From a virus, in IMG/VR virus record IMGVR_UViG_3300035698_018280, positions 99,888 to 163,887 of that record: DNA of 64,000 nucleotides. One strand, 5' to 3'. The translations under genes and the position numbers were made by a program. This document shows, in pieces, positions 22,301-31,420 of this stretch (position 1 is the first letter of the stretch; every line of letters starts with the position of its first letter). The notes under the pieces were generated by a model. That model worked only from the letters and a program-made list of their open reading frames with translations. It was not told where the DNA came from and ran no database searches.

Positions 22301-23087
22301 CATCTCCCGTAGGAGGAGGATCAGTACCGTCAGTTAACTCAAAACCTGGTAATGTAAACATAATCTTGTTGTCTACAAGATCGTCTTCGCCAGCATTTAG
22401 AAAAGCATTATCTGCTCCGCTTTGACTGATATTTCTATCAGCGCGATAAAGCATTTTGCGTTTATCTCTGAATATCTTGATAAACACATTTTCTTCATCC
22501 TCGTATTTGAAGCCTTCAAATTCTGCCTCAATTTGCCCGTCGCTTGAAATTCTCCAACCTCGTTGAGTCGATCGACTATCAGCCCCTATTGATTCAAGCT
22601 CTTCATCTGTAATAATAATTGGATCTCTTGATACAGAAAGAACCCCCAACGGATACTCTCTAAAAAACGTATGACTAGCAATCCCTTCGTTCGCAGTTGC
22701 CTCGTCAATCATCGACTGAGTAACAGTTATTACTCTATTGATACGAGTTTCTGATTCGCAAACATTGATAATAAAACGAGATGTTGTTGGCTCGATGTCA
22801 CCTAGAAGACTACATCCGAGCGCTGCTCCGATTCTAAAACCAGCGCCGCCACCCAAACCTCCAAGGAGAAACCCACAGTTGCCGCCAGGGCAAAGATCAT
22901 TCAGGCTAGTGCCTGTAACCCCTGATTGAATACTATACTGTAATTCAACAGTAATGCGACTTGAGGGCAATTGTTGGACTTCGCTACCAGAACGATCTTC
23001 ATCAAGCTCATTGATAAATCCATTTGGTACGAGGTCAATGTTGTTATACGCTAGAATACCCTGCGTAGAGCTTGAACATCTGCTCAC
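19362..23087 (-). CDS. Large tail-tip protein following the tape measure, with Asp-box/BNR-like motif
   Basis: 1241-aa ORF with GTG start. ISNDMGDTW Asp-box-like motif and propeller-like C-terminal third. Confidence 0.55.
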   Translation of the reverse strand: MSRCSSSTQGILAYNNIDLVPNGFINELDEDRSGSEVQQLPSSRITVELQYSIQSGVTGTSLNDLCPGGNCGFLLGGLGGGAGFRIGAALGCSLLGDIEPTTSRFIINVCESETRINRVITVTQSMIDEATANEGIASHTFFREYPLGVLSVSRDPIIITDEELESIGADSRSTQRGWRISSDGQIEAEFEGFKYEDEENVFIKIFRDKRKMLYRADRNISQSGADNAFLNAGEDDLVDNKIMFTLPGFELTDGTDPPPTGDDEILPLAVGDPLYISYVPATKRNIRHAIEIRSFFFLFPGFQVERISGERIRAWSFRPYTFKVKKSQGVSNFPDIEDQADINDWLNDVSVLSNPELTPEERKDKQRLELIEGQRIVECINDTQASVPYIRGIYFADTRGILSLDTTDILIPEELLIAADDIRDQVWWQNFIATFVENGPGFTDEGHLDTTDLVRANRKLRGFVFDVSDHVNSTCYDNDKYGYQRDLAIALQSVSPFNPDIEGTGVGVPNLDLERRGLPKRNNFDLSSAKFEPYRMSSIEGGAYFVRDCNKIFTYDQGFCTFGTLQADMFIRTPIFFEDLGRKTRVYVERFSPQLPLERDGGVWVTTRPTFGAGIACESHPLSHESFLVFNKDETLNFHRLKDWSSNIQKGKLAYDNSNADLNHSTQQLDTISQSDIDVIGFDKIIGNQPGYSKGLEITKESGKIALNIENAEDIYETFTSVGLGSTTFVQNEETGEVTINGLQGKKLKFIKLFFKVKSGFSSQPSRYVSFIFPSSRFIIDNITLPYFGGPVDQEQYVGIDCRYYFDDTIRISGDILKYTSVTKIEFTSIIEEKYEENRIDTGTPAICFSSAGESFVFYEDSSANVGIYGDQAESGGETLDSSMTEISCMISNDMGDTWFDHKGVVYTTGDETIRNPFAISDHLSNTIHLFYVLNDSLMHKTINPQLFRSEDAYKAWRRPAVYSKDTPANFGLSHFSIEGRQLRKKENDVIIGNLEDESGFLSQQLKIASDIRRENQDLSSSSMPKATRFAVSGDFKSFSEGFPLTDFIAFFDRKRAIRILYVENGKLFARVSDSTGKGWRDVFEDGVFFHRNIDVQEPRFIANLGFALDDENDRLNLSYIVDGMMFIRSFNATLFSEGQDIIHKKVDPDDDTTRPVFIVGSIPSEIQSSILSKTSQIVFPYVSDSLPLFDDTMSISQVAARGYVGASGLARMFYQDSNGDLRGFSYSTNEPLLDAKARIR

Positions 23088-23089
23088 AC

Positions 23090-26000
23090 TTAGGCTCCCT
23101 TATGGATATCTGATATGACTTTTGTCATTGCGGCCTCAGCAACGCCCTTCATTGCGGCTGTCATTTCTTTGACAAGACCATCTTTGAGATTAGACATCTG
23201 TCTTTGACTAAGCTCAATCTGTATCTTCTGCGGGCCGCCTGATGCTGCACCTAACCCGTCAACAGTTCTATTGACGTTTCCTACAACGCCTCCCATTGCA
23301 TCAATCACGCCCTGCCTTGTACCGTCTCGAACAGGAACAGTAATTGTTTTCATTGCGCCATTCTTGATTTCGCTCGTAAGACCGCTTGCTCCAAACGGAG
23401 TCCCTCCGGCTGCCGCCGCTGCCGTACTGGCATTCTGCCCAACAAGCTCTTGCCACAGGCTAAAACCGCGAGACATGCCGCCAACGCCGCCTTGGGCAAA
23501 TGGATTCATGCCGCCGGATACTCCAAGAGGCATTCTTCTATCAATAGCCGCAGCCCATTCGTCGCTTCCTGCTCCAAACGCTCTACCAGCATTATCTGAA
23601 TTTGTAAGCATACCTGGCCCCAAAGCCGAGTATCTTACAGAACCTTCCTGCCCTCTACCTGCAAAACCTGTACGAAGCCCAACAACAGGATTCGGCGCAT
23701 TAGACATCAATGTCCCGACTCTTGTATCCTGATCAATTTTTATTTTAGTGAACATGCCAACGCCATTATTCATAGCATTGATCGCTCCTACCCAACCGTC
23801 TCTAAGAACTCTTGTCATCTGAGCTTGCTTGTTGATATTTTGCAAAATATCAGTTTGCGTTTTATTACGATCAATTTCAAGCATATTCAATTTTGCCGCT
23901 TGGTCTCGTTGACCCTGCAAAGAAGAATGCTCTTCAGCAGCTATTTTTGATATCTGATCGTTTATGAGAGTTATCTTGCCCCTTTGTTCTACAATAACAT
24001 CGCCCAAAGCTCGAACAGACTGCATTCTCATTTCTGCAGAAGCAGCAACACCCATAGCAAAATTATCAGCTAACTGAATATGAGCCTCAAGAAGGCTTGA
24101 TTCAGTTTGTTGTTTCTGTATTCGTGTATCAGAAAGAGCAGAAAAGCCAGTTTCAAGAGCTATTATTTCCTTAGATTTCGATAAAATCTGATCTTTTATA
24201 GACAGTATCGCTGTATCTGCCTCTAAGCTGCCCCGAACATCTGCTCCTGCATTTTCTAGAATATCTCGTCTAGCTTCTTCTGTAGGAGCATTCTCTAAAT
24301 CAATTCTAAGTTTCGTCATTCTATTTCGCTGCTCTTCAGCAGTCATTTGTAGACCTGATAATTCGTAGTTTCGCTCTTGTATAGCCAGCGAATTTTCAAG
24401 TAATGAAACCTGCGATCTAATACTACCAGTCATTTGATTTAGCTGATCAACTGATTGAACATATGAACCAGAAAGACTGGCTCCACCCATTTTTATAATA
24501 TCAAAAGTCGTAGAATAAATAGACATCTGAGATTGTAGCAACTTACTTCTTGATTCGACAATACTATTCAAAACAAGATTTTGCTGATGTAGTGCCAGAA
24601 TTCTATTCGTGGCCTCTTCTTGTAGCTTTTTCTGCTTTTCAAGTTCTGCTGTCTTCTTCTCTTCTTCTTGTCTAGCTTTTTCTAGCTGTCCAAAATGGCC
24701 GCTGTCAGCAGCCGATGATCTTGTTGTTTCAAGCTTCTTTCTCGCTTCTTCAGCTTTCTTTTCTAGCTCCTTAATATCTCCACCGCCAGCGCCAACAAGT
24801 CTATACCAAAAACCAGATTTAGCTTTAATAACATCCTCATCTAGTTTCATCATTTCTTGACGAGCAGTCTCTATTTCTACTTTCCACTTGCTTCCAGATT
24901 CCGTTGCAAGAGACATGCTCTCTTTCATTAAAACATTAGTATGCTCAAGAACTTTGTCCATTTCTTTGACGACTTTTTGACCTTCAGCAAATACGTCATA
25001 AGATTCTTTGGCTCCGCCAGCAGCCGCGCCTATTCCTGCGCCAACAGCAGTTCCTATAACCGGAACAAAAGAGCCAATAGCAGCGCCAGCAAGAGCGCCT
25101 CCTACAACCGCTCCGACTCCTCGACCAGCCATACCAGCAGTAGTATTTTGTGCGCCTTTGCCAAATACAGCATCAGTACCCATCCCAACGCCGCCTGCGC
25201 CGAGATCGCCGCCAGCGGCACCCGCAAGGACGACTTGGCCTAGAGCTAATGTTCCGCCAAGAGCAAGCCCCCCTATGCCTGCTGCTCGACCGCCCATCGC
25301 CAACGCTCTACCGCCGCTGCCGAGGCCTCGACCGCCAGGAGCGCCGGGTGCGAGAAGACCGCCTCGGCCTGCTCCTTTAATTGCACCAATTCTTGCGCCT
25401 CGGCCTGCTCCTCTTCCAAGAGCCCTTCCGCCTGCTCCCCTTCCGCCTGCTCCCCTTCCGCCGCCCATACCTCCGCCAAAGCCAGGATTCATTACCCAAA
25501 CCTTTTGGATACCGCCCATAGCTTCTACTGCTCGACCGGATCCGCCAGCGCCACGTCCTCGTCCCATACCTCCGAGTTTTCCAACCATGCCGACTTTGCT
25601 TATTGAAGTAACAAGCCTAAGCATATGTCCCAGATTCATAACAGCAGAACCAAGAATAGCTAGTCCGCCAAGAGCAGCAATCGTAGGAACAGCAACCTTA
25701 GAAATCGAAATAATCAAATCTTTATGCTTGCCAAGCCATCCGCCAGCATCCGCTAGCCACGGTACAAGTTTTTCGCCTACTGCGATTTGTATATCATCAA
25801 ACAGAATTTTTACTTTTTGCTGAGCAAGTACAAGAGCGCGAGCTTTATCAGCAGCAGCTTCTTGTTCTTTGGTAAGTCCCTTAGCAAGACTTCTCATACC
25901 AGCAAGAGCAGCAGAAGCTTCTTTAAACTGATCAGTAGACATTCTCCCGGTTATAAGGGAAATATCTAGAGTTTTCTGATATTTTATAGCCGCCGCTGCT

Positions 26001-26662
26001 GCTGCTTCGGTTCCGCCTGCAAAATCGTTACGAGAAAACTTCTCAAACTCAGGAAATACTTGAGAAATCCCTTTGAGGGTTCCCATGTACTTTTGCATCT
26101 CAGTCGTATTTACACCAGTAATTTTAGCTATGTTACTAAACAAGCCCTCCATCTTAGAAAAATCAGGGCCGACAAGAGATGAAGCAAAAATCTTTCTTAG
26201 CTCAAGCGATTCGTTACGAGTAACGCTTATCGCTTTTCCAAAACTTATAACATCTTTACTGGTAGATGAAAAACTTTTTCCGTATATAAGGAACGTTCTA
26301 TGACTCGCAAGAAGTTCTTTATTCCAATTTACGGTGTGTCTAATAGCTGCAACAAGACCTATATTGGCTCCAACTCCAAGAGTGGAACCAAACACGCCAA
26401 TCGCATGAGTAGCAGCGCCAACAACGCCAGTAAAACCTCTAAAAGACTGAGTAGCTTGTCTTATGCTACTTGAGCCAGCGCCAGTAGTTTTAGCTACTTT
26501 TCTATTGGCATCAGCATATTTGCCCATCCCGCGAGTACCATCAGCAGCAACCTTCGCCGCTCTAGTGATAGCTTGCTTGAGATTTTGTATTTCGCGTCCA
26601 GCAGCGGCAGCGCCTTCAGACGTTGCACGGATTACTACATTTCTTACAATGGGATCTGACAT
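23090..26662 (-). CDS. Tape measure protein
   Basis: 1190-aa Ala/Gly-rich helical protein downstream of the tube and frameshifted chaperone. Has VQKVWVMN-type motif, glycine zipper GAAIGSFVPVIGTAVGAGIG and long coiled coils. Confidence 0.85.
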   Translation of the reverse strand: MSDPIVRNVVIRATSEGAAAAGREIQNLKQAITRAAKVAADGTRGMGKYADANRKVAKTTGAGSSSIRQATQSFRGFTGVVGAATHAIGVFGSTLGVGANIGLVAAIRHTVNWNKELLASHRTFLIYGKSFSSTSKDVISFGKAISVTRNESLELRKIFASSLVGPDFSKMEGLFSNIAKITGVNTTEMQKYMGTLKGISQVFPEFEKFSRNDFAGGTEAAAAAAIKYQKTLDISLITGRMSTDQFKEASAALAGMRSLAKGLTKEQEAAADKARALVLAQQKVKILFDDIQIAVGEKLVPWLADAGGWLGKHKDLIISISKVAVPTIAALGGLAILGSAVMNLGHMLRLVTSISKVGMVGKLGGMGRGRGAGGSGRAVEAMGGIQKVWVMNPGFGGGMGGGRGAGGRGAGGRALGRGAGRGARIGAIKGAGRGGLLAPGAPGGRGLGSGGRALAMGGRAAGIGGLALGGTLALGQVVLAGAAGGDLGAGGVGMGTDAVFGKGAQNTTAGMAGRGVGAVVGGALAGAAIGSFVPVIGTAVGAGIGAAAGGAKESYDVFAEGQKVVKEMDKVLEHTNVLMKESMSLATESGSKWKVEIETARQEMMKLDEDVIKAKSGFWYRLVGAGGGDIKELEKKAEEARKKLETTRSSAADSGHFGQLEKARQEEEKKTAELEKQKKLQEEATNRILALHQQNLVLNSIVESRSKLLQSQMSIYSTTFDIIKMGGASLSGSYVQSVDQLNQMTGSIRSQVSLLENSLAIQERNYELSGLQMTAEEQRNRMTKLRIDLENAPTEEARRDILENAGADVRGSLEADTAILSIKDQILSKSKEIIALETGFSALSDTRIQKQQTESSLLEAHIQLADNFAMGVAASAEMRMQSVRALGDVIVEQRGKITLINDQISKIAAEEHSSLQGQRDQAAKLNMLEIDRNKTQTDILQNINKQAQMTRVLRDGWVGAINAMNNGVGMFTKIKIDQDTRVGTLMSNAPNPVVGLRTGFAGRGQEGSVRYSALGPGMLTNSDNAGRAFGAGSDEWAAAIDRRMPLGVSGGMNPFAQGGVGGMSRGFSLWQELVGQNASTAAAAAGGTPFGASGLTSEIKNGAMKTITVPVRDGTRQGVIDAMGGVVGNVNRTVDGLGAASGGPQKIQIELSQRQMSNLKDGLVKEMTAAMKGVAEAAMTKVISDIHKGA
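25423..25462. repeat. 15-bp tandem repeat (CCCTTCCGCCTGCTC x2.7) encoding GRGAG repeats
   Basis: Read directly; lies in the Gly/Arg-rich segment of the tape measure gene. Confidence 0.85.
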
Positions 26663-26724
26663 AAATTACCTGTATAGAATTAGACATATCTCATCAATTT
26701 GGATAAGATTGTTACTACTACAAG

Positions 26725-26752
26725 TATTTCGGCTATTTTAGGTTATAAACCT
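26725..26752 (-). promoter_or_regulatory. AGG-N18-CGAAATA promoter-like motif upstream of the tape measure
   Basis: Minus strand AAAGG-TTTATAACCTAAAATAGC-CGAAATA. A second GCCGAAATAC copy lies at 26759-26768. Confidence 0.6.
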
Positions 26753-26792
26753 TTGCAGGTATTTCGGCTTTTACCACATCAGAATCAGGACG

Positions 26793-27110
26793 TTACCCAG
26801 GGCCGTATATCGAAGTGGGAAAATTTGTCCAAAGGAAGATATTTTCTGCGATATAGGCTATGATGAAAAACAAACAAAACGCAGACTGGTTTCCAAATGA
26901 AATAAGACCAGCTACGATGCCAGCAATACCAACTCCAACAATATACACAGGAAGTGTAAAAATCGTAGCAACCATAACTGCCATCAGTCCAAATTGCGTT
27001 TCTGGATTTGATGGATCAAGAACAAGGCCTAAAGCCCATATAAAATGACTGACCAAGCCTGCTAGACAGGCAAATATAAATAGAAAACCAAGAGTAGGTT
27101 CGTCATCCAT
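26793..27110 (-). CDS. Small membrane protein (about 3 TM segments), moron-like
   Basis: 105-aa ORF with three hydrophobic stretches and AAAGGA ribosome-binding site, inserted between chaperone and tape measure genes. Confidence 0.7.
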   Translation of the reverse strand: MDDEPTLGFLFIFACLAGLVSHFIWALGLVLDPSNPETQFGLMAVMVATIFTLPVYIVGVGIAGIVAGLISFGNQSAFCLFFIIAYIAENIFLWTNFPTSIYGPG

Positions 27111-27147
27111 AGCAAATCATCCTTTACCACAGTTTTAGCGAGTCAAC

Positions 27148-27241
27148 CGTCAGTGGGAAATTGCTGAAATTAGTAGCTATCGAACATGTGAAATCGTTCG
27201 TCAGTGGGAAATGTGCAGGAAAATCATCCGTCAGTGGAAAT
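27148..27241. repeat. Three direct repeats CGTCAGTGG(G)AAAT, operator-like
   Basis: Copies at 27148-27161, 27199-27212 and 27229-27241 in the intergenic region upstream of the membrane-protein gene. Confidence 0.8.
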
Positions 27242-27283
27242 ACTGATACTTCACAGTAAAAATCACAGAATAACTACAGGTAT

Positions 27284-27721
27284 TTACTCAGGAGTATTTT
27301 CAGCATCTTCACCATCGTCAATCCCCTCAAGAATTCCAAGTGCATTCTCAAGAGCCGTAGCGATGGTAAAAGCAACAACCGGATTTAGACTATCGATTTC
27401 GTCAGAACCAGTAATAACAGCCTTATCGCTATCGTCCTTCAGATCCCATCTCTTCAACAGCCGCTTTACTCGACCCATCCTTACCTTTGCGATCCCAACG
27501 GCATACTCGCCGTCCTGTGTCAACGTCATGGCCTTATCAGCAAGTTCTGAAACATCTCGGTAGTTTGGTTCTCGGAAAGCGATGTTATACTCCGAATATT
27601 CAACGTCGTCAATCCTTCCCTCTTCATCGATTGCGCCAACGAGTTCATCTTTATTGACGCCAATCCATATTTTAACTTTGATTTCATCTTTTGGGTTTAC
27701 AAATAAGCTAGTTTTTGACAT
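27284..27721 (-). CDS. Second tail assembly chaperone-like protein
   Basis: 145 aa with GGAGG ribosome-binding site. LLKRWDLKDDSDKAVI...IDSLNP parallels CMTDWDMVDDKGAPI...VGLLP of the upstream chaperone. Confidence 0.65.
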   Translation of the reverse strand: MSKTSLFVNPKDEIKVKIWIGVNKDELVGAIDEEGRIDDVEYSEYNIAFREPNYRDVSELADKAMTLTQDGEYAVGIAKVRMGRVKRLLKRWDLKDDSDKAVITGSDEIDSLNPVVAFTIATALENALGILEGIDDGEDAENTPE

Positions 27722-27724
27722 CTA

Positions 27725-28419
27725 CTATCCTCCTGCTTTCGTCTTTAAGCTCTGCCTCATAGCGAGTTCTGTTGCTTTCTTCTCTTGAATCGACTTTTCT
27801 ATACGTTGCTTGACCATGCACATGCTTATATGGGCTTTGAACTTTGCAATTGGTATTTTATCGATGTATTCTATCGACCAACCATAATTTGTTGCCAAAA
27901 TATGTTCTAATACTTCAATGGGAATTTTTTCTTCATCGACGACTGCACCAGAATAAAAGTCTGCCGCAGCCTTTAGGATTTTCCCTGCTCTTCCTCATCT
28001 AACTGCATAATGCCATCGTATCTACGAATTAGCTCATTTACGATGTTTGCTGGTAGAAGACCGACTGTCTTAGGATTAACAGGAATCGGAGCCCCTTTAT
28101 CATCAACCATATCCCAATCTGTCATGCATTCCGAAATGATATTATCGCGATACTTCGTGAAATCAATATCCTGACTTCCAGTAGCTTGATTGTATGAAGT
28201 TGAATGTTTGAGTAAATGGTTATTCATTTGCCAGGTTTGTGGCTTCCATTTAGTATTAAGAACATCTACACCAGAATTTTCAACAGTCTGTTTTTTCTTA
28301 CCTTCATCCTCATCAAGGATAGCATAGTAGCGATGTCCATGCTTGTTTTTCTTCTCTTTGAAATAAATTGGTATATGGATAAGCGAATTTTCGCCGTCTA
28401 ACAACATCGATTTTGGCAT
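27725..28419 (-). CDS. Tail assembly chaperone, -1 frameshifted long form (gpGT-like, about 231 aa)
   Basis: After G GGA AAA the -1 frame is open for 84 codons (ILKAAADFYSG...EHILATNYGWSIEYIDKIP...KAGG) to TAG at 27725-27727, ending just before the next ATG. Confidence 0.85.
27973..28419 (-). CDS. Tail assembly chaperone (gpG-like short form)
   Basis: 148 aa, directly after the tail tube. WDMVDDKGAPIPV motif; ends EEEQGKS with a slippery site before the stop. Confidence 0.8.
   Translation of the reverse strand: MPKSMLLDGENSLIHIPIYFKEKKNKHGHRYYAILDEDEGKKKQTVENSGVDVLNTKWKPQTWQMNNHLLKHSTSYNQATGSQDIDFTKYRDNIISECMTDWDMVDDKGAPIPVNPKTVGLLPANIVNELIRRYDGIMQLDEEEQGKS
27979..27985 (-). promoter_or_regulatory. 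Programmed -1 ribosomal frameshift heptamer GGGAAAA
   Basis: Minus strand CAG GGA AAA TCC TAA, an X XXY YYZ pattern at the position of the lambda G/T frameshift. Confidence 0.85.
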
Positions 28420-28504
28420 CGTGATTTCCTTCCGGTACTTATAGTAACAGTGGCATAACTCCTAACTTAGGCAGCAAGGAGATATGTACTTGAACTTATT
28501 TGAG

Positions 28505-28519
28505 ATATCGTCATATTAG
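28505..28519 (-). promoter_or_regulatory. CTAATATGACGATAT motif (identical to 39313-39327)
   Basis: Exact 15-bp match between two gene-upstream regions. Confidence 0.55.
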
Positions 28520-28546
28520 ACTGGTTACAACCAATCTGCGAGAATA

Positions 28547-29620
28547 TTACTCGGGACGGAAGTTTGGGAACAGAGGAGAAGTCGCTCCGCCAAATGTGTT
28601 GCAAGACGGCGTGGTAGCTGGAAGATCTACGCCCGCTGCTCCAATCTCAGTTGCCTCATAGGAACATTCGCAGTCCGCAAGGGCATACCAAGGAATTCTG
28701 GTCTCAACAAGATCATTGGTAATAGCAATTTCTTCAATTTCGAAGATAACGCCATTTACTACTGTAGCAAAAACAGGAGTGCCAGAAGATCCAAGCTTGT
28801 AACCAAAAGCAATTTTTGAGTTCGATGTAAATCTCTGTTGGTTATTATATGCGAGTTCAGAAAGGTTCTTATTTCTACCCATCATAACGAGATTGCCTTC
28901 AATAGTTCTCTTACGAGCAGCAATATCCTGTGGGGCCAAACGGTTATTCAAAGTGTAGAATCGTTCAGCGTTGTTGTTAACTGTTGCCTCGAAAGATCTA
29001 ATCCAATCGCCAGAAACATCAGTCTGTTCATCTCCATAGATGCGAATAGCAAAGTCATTCCATGTAACGATACGAGCAGGGGCCAAGAAATCTAGATCTC
29101 CGCCGCCTGCCCATGGAGTACGAACATCATCTGTTGAGTTTGCTCCTGCAAGAATATCAACGCTCATATCAACTGAGCCTTCTTGGGCAACGGACATTGT
29201 TAGAGAGTTTACAAGGCCAGCAGGATAGATAAATGCCGTGTCATCTGTGTAACGTATTCGAACTTCCATAGCGTCATTTGTCAATCGACCGAACTGATCA
29301 CGCTGAGTAGCCAAGGCCCAAAAAAGCTGACCATGGTTGATTGTAGTTCCGCAATCTTTCGTTGTAACAACGTTCGAGCCTTCATGAACGAGAGGGAATG
29401 AGACATTCCCTTCAACGATACGAGGGCCAAGCTGATAGATAGTTCTGTCTAGGCGGCCATCAACGACATCTGGGAAACTAACTTCCTGAGACGCCCGAAT
29501 ATCTGCAGATGTAGCTCTAACAGTAACGTCTCCGTTAAAGTTAACTCCACCTGTGTTGACGACAATGTTACCAAAAGTAACAGAGCCTACAAAACCCATT
29601 GATGCACGTGGGACTGGCAT
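28547..29620 (-). CDS. Major tail tube protein
   Basis: 357 aa, beta-rich. GPRIVEGNVSF, VNSLTMSV, IRSFEATVNNN..FYTLN..PQDI..KRTIEG; strong GAGGAG ribosome-binding site; precedes the chaperones. Confidence 0.8.
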   Translation of the reverse strand: MPVPRASMGFVGSVTFGNIVVNTGGVNFNGDVTVRATSADIRASQEVSFPDVVDGRLDRTIYQLGPRIVEGNVSFPLVHEGSNVVTTKDCGTTINHGQLFWALATQRDQFGRLTNDAMEVRIRYTDDTAFIYPAGLVNSLTMSVAQEGSVDMSVDILAGANSTDDVRTPWAGGGDLDFLAPARIVTWNDFAIRIYGDEQTDVSGDWIRSFEATVNNNAERFYTLNNRLAPQDIAARKRTIEGNLVMMGRNKNLSELAYNNQQRFTSNSKIAFGYKLGSSGTPVFATVVNGVIFEIEEIAITNDLVETRIPWYALADCECSYEATEIGAAGVDLPATTPSCNTFGGATSPLFPNFRPE

Positions 29621-29705
29621 TGAAATCTCTCCTCGCTCTAAGCGCTATAAACTAAATTTGGACAGCCTAAATTAGTTCATAGCAAAGCGAACCGTATAGA
29701 CTGAT

Positions 29706-30077
29706 TTATTCGATATTACCACTTTCAATCACAAAGCCTGCTGCAAGAGATAGCGTAGCCCATTGCTGAGGAACCAAAATGCCCTCATCAGTGATCCATG
29801 CATCTAGGCTTACAGCCGTTGATCGACTCAGAACGTGGTTATTCAGAGAACGAACTGCCGGCAAAAAGTTAACCGGCGACTTCAGGATATCGTTGTTGAT
29901 AAGATAACTATTGTAAAACTCAGTCAACAAGTCAACTTCAGGAATAAGCTCCTGAAGCAAAACAATTTGGTACACAGCCTCGAATAGATATGAGACTGCG
30001 GAAACAACGCTAGTACGCGCAGTTGAGTAGTTCGTTGCAACCGAGAGGTAGTCAGTTCCACTAATAACGTCCGCCAT
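29706..30077 (-). CDS. Hypothetical structural-region protein
   Basis: 123-aa ORF with AGGAG ribosome-binding site. Confidence 0.75.
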   Translation of the reverse strand: MADVISGTDYLSVATNYSTARTSVVSAVSYLFEAVYQIVLLQELIPEVDLLTEFYNSYLINNDILKSPVNFLPAVRSLNNHVLSRSTAVSLDAWITDEGILVPQQWATLSLAAGFVIESGNIE

Positions 30078-30129
30078 TCCAGAATCTCCTAGCTGTTTCC
30101 TGATCTAAACTATATTAGATCGAAAAATT

Positions 30130-30199
30130 CTTCTTTATTAGTCCCACAAGCCTTCTGCGAGATACCTGATTACTCTACAAGATTCATTCTTAGAGTCCT
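30130..30199 (-). promoter_or_regulatory. Two tandem AGG-N16/17 promoter-like motifs upstream of the tube operon
   Basis: AAGG-ACTCTAAGAATGAATCT-TGTAG (30175-30199) and AAGG-CTTGTGGGACTAATAA-AGAAG (30130-30153). Confidence 0.45.
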
Positions 30200-30208
30200 T
30201 CTCTTTTT

Positions 30209-31420
30209 TCAGAATGACTCTAATGCTATTACCGTCTCTGAAGCAGCAGTTGTCTCAATGATCTGTGACAGCCTTTTAACGAAGGCTGTATTCGAGAAAC
30301 GAAACGCTACTTTTCGGGCTGCTTCAGATGCCATCTTCATACGTTCAGACTCTTCAAACATCCCATTTCTTACTTCTATGACCTTGTTTGCAAATCCTTC
30401 TACTGACACTACTGAATATTCTTCTTCTTTTCCTCCCACAAAGGCTTCGTGCGGCAGGAAAAATTGAAACTCTTCTGGCATTTGCGATATTATCTCTCCA
30501 ACCCTTCCCGCATTTGGCCCCATAGGTATTAGTCCAACCGCCATTCCCTCCAATAAACTAAGCGCTGTTGCAGACTTGACAGAAGTATCTACGATGAAAT
30601 CTCCCTGAGCATATTCTTCAAGCATTTCCTCATCCGAGATGCTGTCCTTAATGGAAACAAAATGTTCAGGAAGATCAACATTCGAAGCATTATAGCGATC
30701 GATTAATAGAGGAAGCTCATAATCACCTGGGTCATACAGGTTTGTATGAAGCTTGCAACGGACATCTGAGCCAGAATCAGCAACCAACCCCATCCCCTTT
30801 ATAAGAGCCCCTAAATTACTTGCCTGAGCATTCTTGGCACTACAAAAGATAGTGCAGCAATCGCCAGTTTTTTCCGTAGGATGGAACTTAGAATGATCTG
30901 GACCATATGACAAAAACTCTCCATCTATATTACATAGCTCATTAAGGTTGTTCCATCCAAACTCGCTCGTCGAGATAACATAATCTGCATATTCAATACG
31001 ATCCTTAAACTCTTCATTAACAGGCCAACAATCAACTGTCAAAACAGATATCCATTTGAAGAGATTGGGATACATGGCCTTGATCGCATAAATAAAGCTG
31101 ATCTCCTTGTAATCGCCTATAGAAATAACTATATCTGGTTGAACCTTCTTCATCATCTCATACAGCAAAGCCTCGGCCTGTTCGCTTTGAGGAAAAAATG
31201 GATATAATTCGCATATTTGATTGCCATCATCATCTTCAAAGTAATGAAGGCCTCCTTCATCAGGAAGGAAAAACCCTTCATCATGATGCCATACAGCGCT
31301 AGTTACATGGTGGCCCTGTCCCTTTAGCTGTTTTATAACATCGCCATTGATGCGGCCATTTCTAACCAATAAATAAGGCGAAGCGCCAACTGTTAAAATT
31401 CTCATCTTCTTCTCCATCAA
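30209..31420 (-). CDS. Glycosyltransferase, GT4-like (atypical)
   Basis: MRILTVG, GHHVT, QPDIVISIGD, YGPDHSKFHP. TSVKSATALSLLEGMAVG sits where the E-x7-E motif would be, with the first Glu absent. Confidence 0.8.
   Translation of the reverse strand: MMEKKMRILTVGASPYLLVRNGRINGDVIKQLKGQGHHVTSAVWHHDEGFFLPDEGGLHYFEDDDGNQICELYPFFPQSEQAEALLYEMMKKVQPDIVISIGDYKEISFIYAIKAMYPNLFKWISVLTVDCWPVNEEFKDRIEYADYVISTSEFGWNNLNELCNIDGEFLSYGPDHSKFHPTEKTGDCCTIFCSAKNAQASNLGALIKGMGLVADSGSDVRCKLHTNLYDPGDYELPLLIDRYNASNVDLPEHFVSIKDSISDEEMLEEYAQGDFIVDTSVKSATALSLLEGMAVGLIPMGPNAGRVGEIISQMPEEFQFFLPHEAFVGGKEEEYSVVSVEGFANKVIEVRNGMFEESERMKMASEAARKVAFRFSNTAFVKRLSQIIETTAASETVIALESF

Noticed and set aside
27148-27241. Possible mini-CRISPR array
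   Set aside because: Repeats are only 13-14 bp with unequal gaps (37 and 16 bp), and there are no cas genes in the window.
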